DNA of 64,000 nucleotides, from positions 63,587 through 127,586 of the forward strand of contig JAFATB010000014.1 in the NCBI GenBank assembly GCA_019244185.1. Reading direction: 5' to 3'. The notes under the pieces were generated by a model, which did no database searches, was not told the DNA's origin, and saw only the letters and a list, made by a program, of their open reading frames with translations. A program made the translations under genes and the position numbers. The DNA comes from Acidobacteriota bacterium. GTDB taxonomy: Bacteria; Acidobacteriota; Thermoanaerobaculia; Gp7-AA8. This document shows positions 37,430-45,090 of the stretch, in pieces (positions within the stretch are counted from its first letter, which is position 1; each line of letters begins with the position of its first letter).

Positions 37430-38155
37430 ATGTTCGGGCGCGGCGTCAACTACTGGATCTCGTGGGCCGACCTCACGTTCATGCTCTTCATCGGCGGACT
37501 CGCGGCCGTCGCGTTCAGCGACGAGCAGCGGACGGCGGCGCAACAGGAACTCGCGGCCGCGAAGGGTGCGCTCGCGGAAGCGCGCGGCGAGCTCGACGTC
37601 CTCCGCAGCCACAGCAATCCGTGCGCGGATGCGAGTCCGTTCCTGGCCGGCTTCTCGAGCTGCGTCGCGCGGGCGACCGGCCGCAGACAGGTGCCGGGCA
37701 GCGGCTGCTTCGTGACCGTCGGCGAAGACGTGATCCGCTTCGAGAAGGGGAAGGCCGTGCCGCTCGACGCGTCGTCCGCCGACGCCGTGGCCGGCTGCCT
37801 CTACACGAACGCGCTGCGGTTCGCGGCGGCGGATCCGCGCTCCTTCAACGCGATCACGATTCACGTCGACGGACATACCGACTGCGTCGGCACGCGCGCG
37901 GGAAACGAGAAGCTCGGCGCGGACCGCGCGTTCAGCGTGTACGCGCGCCTCCTCGAACGCGCGGAGAGCGATCCGGTCTGGCTATCGCCGAAGCAGCGGC
38001 GCGCGTTCCTCGGACGCATCGCCGTGCGCTCGTTCGGCGACACGCGTCCCGTCGAAGGCTCACGGTGCATCGCGCCGTTCGGCTGGGAAGGCGATCGCCG
38101 CGTCGTCGTCTCCGTGCAGCTCGCGACCGAAGGCGCCGCGGGGAGGCGCGGGTGA
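37430..38155 (+). CDS. MotB/OmpA-family protein (stator MotB/ZorB-like)
   Basis: YWISWADLTFMLFIGGLAAVAF matches the MotB plug/TM region with the conserved proton-accepting Asp (ADL). C-terminal OmpA-like peptidoglycan-binding motif ITIHVDGHTDCVGTRAGNEKLGADRAFSVYARL. Confidence 0.75.
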   Translation: MFGRGVNYWISWADLTFMLFIGGLAAVAFSDEQRTAAQQELAAAKGALAEARGELDVLRSHSNPCADASPFLAGFSSCVARATGRRQVPGSGCFVTVGEDVIRFEKGKAVPLDASSADAVAGCLYTNALRFAAADPRSFNAITIHVDGHTDCVGTRAGNEKLGADRAFSVYARLLERAESDPVWLSPKQRRAFLGRIAVRSFGDTRPVEGSRCIAPFGWEGDRRVVVSVQLATEGAAGRRG

Positions 38156-38331
38156 TCTCGACGATCGTGATGGTCGCCGTCGTCGTGCTGCTCGCGTTCA
38201 CGCTCGCCGCGGCGCGGCGTTCGTGGCAGCGGCAGCTCGAACTGGAACGCGCAAACGAGACGATGCAGCGCGAGCTACAGCGCCACCGCGACACCGTGCA
38301 TTCGATTCTTCGGGAGTTGCAGAATCCATGA
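38152..38331 (+). CDS. small single-TM protein (59 aa), unannotated
   Basis: GTGA overlap with the motB-like stop. VISTIVMVAVVVLLAFTLAAA TM plus a charged helical tail. ATGA overlap with the next gene. Confidence 0.45.
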   Translation: MISTIVMVAVVVLLAFTLAAARRSWQRQLELERANETMQRELQRHRDTVHSILRELQNP

Positions 38332-39545
38332 GAAAGCCTGCGTTGCTGCTCGCGGTCTGGTTCGTCGTGACGGCGTGCGGTGGAGGTGAAGAACGCGCCG
38401 TCACCGTCGAATGCCGGCCGTCCGTGAGCGTCGTCATTCCGGCCGCGGGCAACGCGCGACGCAAGGCGGAGGCGGCGCAGGCGCGCGAAGTCGTGCAGGT
38501 GTACTGGGACGTCTCACGATCGATGCGCGATTTCGCGGTCGCGCGCAAGCATGGCGGCGGCGCGGAAGCGACCGACGATCTCACGCCGGTAGTCGAAGCG
38601 CTCGACAGCGGTGTCTTGCTTTCCGCGCATGCGGAGGCGGTCGAACAGTACGGCGTCGGCGAATCGATCGCGCGGCTGGCCACCGCGCGCGCGGCGCTGC
38701 ATCCCACCGCGAACCGCACCGCGCTGCATCTCGCCGCGGAGCAACTCGGCGACGCGCTCGCAACCGGCCGCGCGCAAGCCGCGATCGTCGTCTCCGACAT
38801 GGAGCTCGATACGCCGCCGCGCGCGTCGACCGACGCCACGGTCTGCGGCGGCGTGCCGCTGCCGAGCACGCCGCTGGCGGGCTCGCTGTTCGGCCGCTGC
38901 TTCGAGAACGCGGTGCTCGCCGTCGACGCGCCGAGCGCCATGCGCGCGCGCCTGCTCGCGCACGTCTTCCGCAAGGCCTCGCACGGACGCGAGCTGTTCA
39001 TCCTCCTGCTGGCGACGGACCACGCGTTCGGCCAGCACATCTCCGAACAGATCGTGAGCCGTCTCGACTTCGAGCGGCAGGTCATCTTCGATGCGAACGC
39101 GGTGGCGGCGTCGAACGTCCGCGGCTGCCGCTTCACGATCCCCGAGTCGCGCGTGCGTCCGCGCGATCTGCCGCGGTGCGGCGCGAAGTGCTTCGATCGC
39201 GACGCATCCATCGAAACCGAATGCGATCTGCGCCGTCCGGCGAACGATGCTTGGATCGAGCCCGCGGGACGCGGCTCGACCGGCACCTCGTACGAGTCGC
39301 TGCAGAAACGGGCAGGCGACCGCGAGGAGCCGGCGCGCATGCGATTCACGATTCCGTGCAGTACGCCGCCTGGGCGATTCGACGCGTCCGTCTCGTTCAC
39401 ATGGCGCCGGCGTTTAGCGCGCAACGCAGCCGAGCCGTTCGCGCAAAAGGAAAGTGTGCGCGATCTCTTCGACAGTCTCTCCGACGCGATCGTGCGCGTC
39501 GTCGCGCCGCGCACGCTGCGCGTCAGCGTGAATCTCCACCAATGA
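38328..39545 (+). CDS. vWA-domain lipoprotein
   Basis: Lipobox LAVWFVVTAC. MIDAS DxSxS motif (YWDVSRSM) shortly after the signal. 4-nt coupling with both neighbours. Confidence 0.6.
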   Translation: MRKPALLLAVWFVVTACGGGEERAVTVECRPSVSVVIPAAGNARRKAEAAQAREVVQVYWDVSRSMRDFAVARKHGGGAEATDDLTPVVEALDSGVLLSAHAEAVEQYGVGESIARLATARAALHPTANRTALHLAAEQLGDALATGRAQAAIVVSDMELDTPPRASTDATVCGGVPLPSTPLAGSLFGRCFENAVLAVDAPSAMRARLLAHVFRKASHGRELFILLLATDHAFGQHISEQIVSRLDFERQVIFDANAVAASNVRGCRFTIPESRVRPRDLPRCGAKCFDRDASIETECDLRRPANDAWIEPAGRGSTGTSYESLQKRAGDREEPARMRFTIPCSTPPGRFDASVSFTWRRRLARNAAEPFAQKESVRDLFDSLSDAIVRVVAPRTLRVSVNLHQ

Positions 39546-39658
39546 ATGACGCTCCCACGCCGGCGACCGACGGCCTGCTCAGCTGCGCGATCGCCGCGGG
39601 CGTGCTCTGTCTGACGCTCGTCGTGCTCGCCGTGATCGCGCTCAGCGCGGCGTCGTGA
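39542..39658 (+). CDS. small hydrophobic peptide (38 aa), unannotated
   Basis: ATGA overlap with the vWA stop. MNDAPTPATDGLLSCAIAAGVLCLTLVVLAVIALSAAS is a single TM helix. Confidence 0.4.
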   Translation: MNDAPTPATDGLLSCAIAAGVLCLTLVVLAVIALSAAS

Positions 39659-39724
39659 ACGCCCCAAGGTAGGGACTCGCCCGCTTCCCGACTCTCCATG
39701 GTTGTGGAACGTAAAGGAGACGTG

Positions 39725-41266
39725 ATGAGTCGACGTGTAATCCGAGGTTTGGCCGCGCTCGTTTTCCTCGTTGGGGCTCTTTCCTGCAAGCAAGAGACGC
39801 CGTCGCCGGCGGTCGACAAGGCGCCGCCGCCCGCGCCGAAGCCGGCGGTGGTGACGACGGTGAATCTGCCGCCGAACTCGTGGCAGGTGCCGGTCGACGT
39901 CAGTCCCACCCCGCCGCCCAATCCGCCGCAGAACAACTACCTCAACCTCGGCTGGCAGACCTTCGTCGCGCTCAACTGGCCGGCGCTCTCGCCGTCGTCA
40001 GGCGGACAGAACGCGCAGCCGGACACGAACTCCGTCATCGGCGCGGTGGCACCGAACGGCGCGATCGTGCCGACGGTGTGGAACACGTACCGCGATCTCA
40101 GCACGATCATGCTCGATCAGGGCGCCGATCCGGGATCGACGTACACGCAGCAGGTTTCGATCCCGTCCGCGTGCGCGGCGATCACGCCGGCCAATCCGGT
40201 CGCGCCGGGCTTCCAGCCGATGTACATCGACGGCTCGACGTTCCAGACCGCGACGATCGTGCGCGACTACATCAATCAGGCCACCGGCAATCCGCTCGTC
40301 GATCAGAAGGGGTGGTACACGATCACGGACATCCGCGTCGATCCTTCCGAGTACGCGTACATCCAGCAGAACGGCTACTACCTCGGCGCGAATCAGGTCG
40401 CGGCGTACAACAAGTCGGGCCAGTTGCAGCCGTTCCCGAAGAACGGCACCGAGATCACGCCGCCGCTGCCGTCGTACGCGCAGTACGGCGCGCTCGAGGT
40501 GAAGGCGACGTGGCGCGTGCTGAATCCCTCGACCGACTCCGCGATCATCCCGCGCTACTACACGCAGTGGGGTTACTTCATGCAGCCGGACGGCAAGACC
40601 TGCCAGGGACCGGCGCTGTTCGGCCTCATCGGCATGCATATCCTTCGACTCACACCGTCGATGGGCGGCACGTGGTTCTGGGCGAGCTTCCAGCAGGTCG
40701 ACAACGTCGCCGCACCGAACGGCATCGCGCCGACGCTCGCGAAGCTGGGCACGCCGAACGGCAACTGCGGCGGCAACTACAACAAGAAGCCGCCGCAGGT
40801 CACCGGCAACATTCCGTGGAACGGCAACAACACGCCGGACGACATCTGCCAGGTCAAGAACATCCCGAGCGAAGTGCAGCAGGTCAATCAGACGTGGCAG
40901 AAGAATCTGAGCGGCACGGTCTGGCAGTACTACGAGATGGTGCACACGCTCAACCCTTGCCCGTCGGGCGCGAAGGAATGCTACGTCTTCCCGCCGATCA
41001 AGGATCAGAACAACAAGATCGATCTGAAGATCTTCGGCAACAACGCCATCGAGACGTACTTCCAGACCAGCAACTGCATGACCTGTCACGGCTCGGCGTC
41101 GGGCAACGGCGCGCCGTCGCCGCTGACCGGCACGAACCAGATCTTCACGTTCGTCCTGCTCAACGCGTACATGCCGCAGACGACGCAGACGAACGCGAAG
41201 CGCAGCGAGATCAAGCGGCTGCTCGAGGTGCTGCCGCAGAGCGACGCCGTCGCCATGCATCCGTAG
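39725..41266 (+). CDS. secreted lipoprotein, Pro-rich linker, N/Q/T-rich body, single C-terminal CxxCH motif (possible c-type haem site)
   Basis: RBS AAGGAGA. Lipobox LVGALSC. PAVDKAPPPAPKPAVV linker. NCMTCHG near the C-terminus. Codon and amino-acid composition shifts to lower GC relative to its neighbours. Confidence 0.5.
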   Translation: MSRRVIRGLAALVFLVGALSCKQETPSPAVDKAPPPAPKPAVVTTVNLPPNSWQVPVDVSPTPPPNPPQNNYLNLGWQTFVALNWPALSPSSGGQNAQPDTNSVIGAVAPNGAIVPTVWNTYRDLSTIMLDQGADPGSTYTQQVSIPSACAAITPANPVAPGFQPMYIDGSTFQTATIVRDYINQATGNPLVDQKGWYTITDIRVDPSEYAYIQQNGYYLGANQVAAYNKSGQLQPFPKNGTEITPPLPSYAQYGALEVKATWRVLNPSTDSAIIPRYYTQWGYFMQPDGKTCQGPALFGLIGMHILRLTPSMGGTWFWASFQQVDNVAAPNGIAPTLAKLGTPNGNCGGNYNKKPPQVTGNIPWNGNNTPDDICQVKNIPSEVQQVNQTWQKNLSGTVWQYYEMVHTLNPCPSGAKECYVFPPIKDQNNKIDLKIFGNNAIETYFQTSNCMTCHGSASGNGAPSPLTGTNQIFTFVLLNAYMPQTTQTNAKRSEIKRLLEVLPQSDAVAMHP

Positions 41267-41365
41267 ATCGTTTCAACACGAACGCGGCGTCCGGGCGCAA
41301 GGCTCGGGCGCCGCGTCACAGGAACGCTACAAACGCTTCGCCGCGCGTGCGCCTATCGTGAGCGG

Positions 41366-42421
41366 ATGCGCAAATTCGTCGTCTGTGCTCTGGTGATGTT
41401 CGCGGCCGCCGTTGCGTCCGCGGCCGATCTGCAACTCACGAAAGAGACGCTGGCGGACGGCGTGTATCTCTTCCGCGCGCCGTCGGATCTCGATCTGTGG
41501 ACGGCGACGAACGTCGTGGCCGTCGTCGGCGACCGCGACGTGACGGTGTTCGACACGTGCACGCGCCCGGTCACCGCGCGCATGGTCATCGCGGAGATTC
41601 GCAAGATCACGGACAAGCCGGTGCGCACGATCATCAACTCGCACTGGCACATGGACCACTGGATGGGCAACGCGGAGTTCGCGAAGGCGTATCCTGGCGT
41701 CGAGATCATCGCCACGGAAGAGACGCGCGCGTACATGCAGCGCATGGGCAACGCGTTCTTCTCCGGCTCGATCGCGAAGGGTGTGGCGCGGCGGCGCGCC
41801 GACCTCGCGAACGCGACGAGCGACGCGCAGCGCAAGCAGCTCGAAGACGAGATCGCGTTGTACGACGCGTTCGCGAAGGAGAGCGCCGAGGTGCCGCACG
41901 TGCTGCCGACGCTGACGTATCGGGAGGAGCTCACGTTCTGGCGCGGCAAGCGCGAGTTCCGGCTGATGAGCGTCGTGGGCGACGCGACGGGATCGACGGC
42001 GCTGTTTCTGCCCGCGGAGAAAATCCTCGTCACCGGCGACGCGCTCGTGCATCCCGAGAGCGGCGACGGACCGCCGCCGTGGACGACGAACTCGTACGCG
42101 ATCACGCCGTGGCTGGCCACGCTGCGGAAGTTCCAGGCGCTCGACGCGCGCGTGATCGTCCCGGGTCAGGGGCCGGCGTTTCACGACGAGGCGTATCTCG
42201 ATCTGACCGCGGAGCTCTACCAGTCGATCCTCGATCAGGTGCACGGCGCGATGGAGCGCGGGCTGACGACGCTGGCGGACATTCAGGCGGCGGTGAACGT
42301 CGATGCGATCGGCCTGCGCTACACGCCGGGAGCGACGGCCCCCGATCCCGACTTCAAGCGTCTCGTCGGCGTGCTGACGAAGAAGGCGGCGCAGGAGGCG
42401 TTCGACGGCGTGGAGCGCTGA
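41366..42421 (+). CDS. secreted MBL-fold metallo-hydrolase
   Basis: Signal peptide plus INSHWHMDHWMGN (HxHxDH). Confidence 0.75.
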   Translation: MRKFVVCALVMFAAAVASAADLQLTKETLADGVYLFRAPSDLDLWTATNVVAVVGDRDVTVFDTCTRPVTARMVIAEIRKITDKPVRTIINSHWHMDHWMGNAEFAKAYPGVEIIATEETRAYMQRMGNAFFSGSIAKGVARRRADLANATSDAQRKQLEDEIALYDAFAKESAEVPHVLPTLTYREELTFWRGKREFRLMSVVGDATGSTALFLPAEKILVTGDALVHPESGDGPPPWTTNSYAITPWLATLRKFQALDARVIVPGQGPAFHDEAYLDLTAELYQSILDQVHGAMERGLTTLADIQAAVNVDAIGLRYTPGATAPDPDFKRLVGVLTKKAAQEAFDGVER

Positions 42422-42439
42422 GCGTCATTTGCTGAGCGG

Positions 42440-44023
42440 TCATTTGCGCGCGTCGAGCTTCAGCCGCAGCCCGTTCTTCGCCGTGCCGACCGGATTTCCC
42501 TGCACGTCGACGTAGAGCGTCGCGCCGCGCGCGGTGGTGATGGCGATGTCCAACTTCGTGTCGTGATTGCGATCGGCGACGTGCAGGCTGGCGATGGTCT
42601 CCGTGCGCGGCATCAGGTGTCCCGACCAGAGCGGCTTCGCGTCGCGCAGCTTCTTGGGATCGTAGACGAGCACGCGGTTCGCGCCCGCGACGGCGATGCG
42701 CGGCGCGTAGTGCGGACCGGCGCGGTAGATCTCGACGGCGCGCAGTTTCTCGGGCGCCTCGCACGTGTCGCCGCGGCCTCCTTCCGCATCGTAAATGGCG
42801 ATGTGCCCACCCCACAGCGCGACGAAATGGTGATGACCGTTGCGGAACAGATCGCCCGCGGTGAGCTCGCGCAGCGGCTCGGGTCCGGTGATCGTCCAGA
42901 CGCGCGTGCCGATGCGGTCGAAGCCGATGAGTGCTTTGCGCGTGCCGGCGACGATGGTGCCGTCGGCCTGCGCGGTGTGCGTGATCGGAGCCTCGACGTC
43001 GTTGCGCCAGAGCAGCTTGCGCGGCGACTTGAGAAAGGTGCGAAGCGTATGTCCACTCGCAACCACGATGACAGGCGGTGGAGGCGGAACGCTGCAATCG
43101 GCGAGCGGCATGTTCTTGGCCTCGCCGTCGAGGCTGATCTGCGTCGCCGAGCCGATCGCGTGGTCGACGTGGTCGCGGATCCACTTGCGCACGCTGCGCT
43201 CGACGTACGCGTGCAGCGTCGTCGCGGTCACGCGCTTCCGTAACGTCGTGGCGTTGCACTGCAGCCCTTCCATCACCGCGGCGGTGAAGACGCCGTTGCG
43301 CCGGTCCGGATCGTCGTATGCGGCGCCTACGGTCGAGAGCACGACCTGTCCGTGGACGCGCGGCATCTGCTTCGCGAGCGTCATCCCCGCGTACGACAGC
43401 GCGTCGACGCCGCGGCTGCCGGCGATGCGCTGCTTGCACGCGTCGATGAGGATGAGCGAGCGCGGCACGCGGTGCGCGGCGATGACGTCGAGCAGCGCCG
43501 CGGTCGACACCGGTTGTCCCGACGCCGCCACGACGTGCTGGATGCCGCCGCGGACGAAGCCGTGCGTCGCGAACGAGACGATGAGAAAGCCGTGGCTGCC
43601 CGCGATCGCCGCCTGCTGCCCGGCGAGGGCGAGGATGTGGTGCGGCTCGGCTTTCGCGACGCGCGCGCCGGCGCGGATCAACTCGCGCAGCCGGTTGCTT
43701 GACTCCGGTTTGTCCGGCGCGCCGGAGAGCGCGAGCACGATGCGCTGCGGCGGCACGAGGCGCACGCGGCGATCGAAGGCGAAGAGATACGCGAGATCGA
43801 TCGCATCGTCGACGGCGTACGGGATCTCGCGCAACGCGCCGCGGTCGAAGGTGCGGATGCCGACGAAGAGCGCCGCCGCGCGGCCGCCGTCGGCCGGCGC
43901 GGACGTGCTAGCGTCGACGAGTGAGAGCGGCGTCACCGAGCGCTGTCCCGCAAACTCCGCGGCGCCGAATGCGGCCGATAGACAGGCGAAGGCGACGAAC
44001 GTCCAGCGCTTCACGGAGCTCAC
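42440..44023 (-). CDS. caspase-family (peptidase C14) secreted protein with C-terminal beta-rich domain
   Basis: Signal peptide. Catalytic dyad context SFATHGF (His-Gly) and LILIDACKQ (Cys). Confidence 0.6.
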   Translation of the reverse strand: MSSVKRWTFVAFACLSAAFGAAEFAGQRSVTPLSLVDASTSAPADGGRAAALFVGIRTFDRGALREIPYAVDDAIDLAYLFAFDRRVRLVPPQRIVLALSGAPDKPESSNRLRELIRAGARVAKAEPHHILALAGQQAAIAGSHGFLIVSFATHGFVRGGIQHVVAASGQPVSTAALLDVIAAHRVPRSLILIDACKQRIAGSRGVDALSYAGMTLAKQMPRVHGQVVLSTVGAAYDDPDRRNGVFTAAVMEGLQCNATTLRKRVTATTLHAYVERSVRKWIRDHVDHAIGSATQISLDGEAKNMPLADCSVPPPPPVIVVASGHTLRTFLKSPRKLLWRNDVEAPITHTAQADGTIVAGTRKALIGFDRIGTRVWTITGPEPLRELTAGDLFRNGHHHFVALWGGHIAIYDAEGGRGDTCEAPEKLRAVEIYRAGPHYAPRIAVAGANRVLVYDPKKLRDAKPLWSGHLMPRTETIASLHVADRNHDTKLDIAITTARGATLYVDVQGNPVGTAKNGLRLKLDARK

Positions 44024-45084
44024 ACGATACCGTTGCCCTGCGTCTGCGCCGTGACGCCGCCGAGGAATCGCACCGCCGCCGCGAATCCTTCTGCGATCCC
44101 CGATTGCGACACCTGCACGACTTCCTGCAAGCCGCCCGCGCTGCGCAGCTGCAGTTCGTCATAGAGGCAGATCGGCAGCCGCGGATTGCTGGCGAAGCGG
44201 CGATCCGGACCTCCGTCGCGGTTGACGTAACGCCAGGTGTAACCGACGACCAGGGCGTCGAACGGCGCGGGAGGGGTTTGGATCATCCGCGACTCGGTGA
44301 CGCTGAGCTCGAGCGAGCGGTATGCGAGCGCGCCGATGCTGCGGCCGTCGTCGATGAGCAGGCGATCGGGTAGGAAATAGAGCGTTCGCGCGCCCAGGGC
44401 GAGGCTGGGGATCGCGACATTCGTGCGTAGATAGGGCGGTGCGGCGAAGCGCATGCGCGTGAGCTCGCGCGGCACCAGCGGACTCGCGCCGGCGTTGTAC
44501 TTCCAGTCGTACACGCCGCCCGATGCCTCCACGTGCCAGAGCCGCTCCGACACCGCGAGCGCCTGCGACCACTCGAGCAGGCGGTGAAACGCCTCCGCCG
44601 CCTGCGACTGAAGGTCGTACAGGACGACGACGTGCCTACGCCGCACGTCGCTGTACTTCGCCGCCGCGATCGCGGCGATGCCGACGGCGAACGCGAACAA
44701 GATGAAATCGGCCGATCCCGTCGAAGCAGCGTAGAGGAAGAAGAGAAACGCGCCGACGATCACCGGCAGCGTGATTCTGGTCGCGCTCCGCGCCGCGCGA
44801 ATTTGTTCGAGGAGCTGCATCGAGGACGAGTCGGCGAGCGACGCCGCGTCAGGGCCGCTCGTCTGCAGCGGCAAGAGCGCCGGCGTTGCGACGCGCGTGG
44901 GTGCATGCGCGCGCGGCAGCGTGTGGTGATACGACACGCCGCCGAGGCCCATGCGCACGTAGTTGCCGCGCGGTCCGGTGCCGACGCGGAAGCCGCGCAC
45001 GCCGACGGACATGCCGACGCCGGAGCCGGAGAGATTGAAGCGGAACGGACCGACGGAGACGCTCTTGCGGTACGAAAAGCCCAT
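44020..45084 (-). CDS. DUF4236 domain protein
   Basis: N-terminal MGFSYRKSVSVGPFRFNLSGSGVGMSVGVRGFRVG is the hallmark DUF4236 repeat. 4-nt overlap with the downstream caspase gene. Confidence 0.6.
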   Translation of the reverse strand: MGFSYRKSVSVGPFRFNLSGSGVGMSVGVRGFRVGTGPRGNYVRMGLGGVSYHHTLPRAHAPTRVATPALLPLQTSGPDAASLADSSSMQLLEQIRAARSATRITLPVIVGAFLFFLYAASTGSADFILFAFAVGIAAIAAAKYSDVRRRHVVVLYDLQSQAAEAFHRLLEWSQALAVSERLWHVEASGGVYDWKYNAGASPLVPRELTRMRFAAPPYLRTNVAIPSLALGARTLYFLPDRLLIDDGRSIGALAYRSLELSVTESRMIQTPPAPFDALVVGYTWRYVNRDGGPDRRFASNPRLPICLYDELQLRSAGGLQEVVQVSQSGIAEGFAAAVRFLGGVTAQTQGNGIV

Positions 45085-45090
45085 GCGCCG

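Noticed and set aside
39725-41266. Calling the CxxCH lipoprotein a cytochrome c
   Set aside because: There is a single CxxCH with no other cytochrome features. The motif occurs by chance at appreciable frequency, so it is reported only as a motif.
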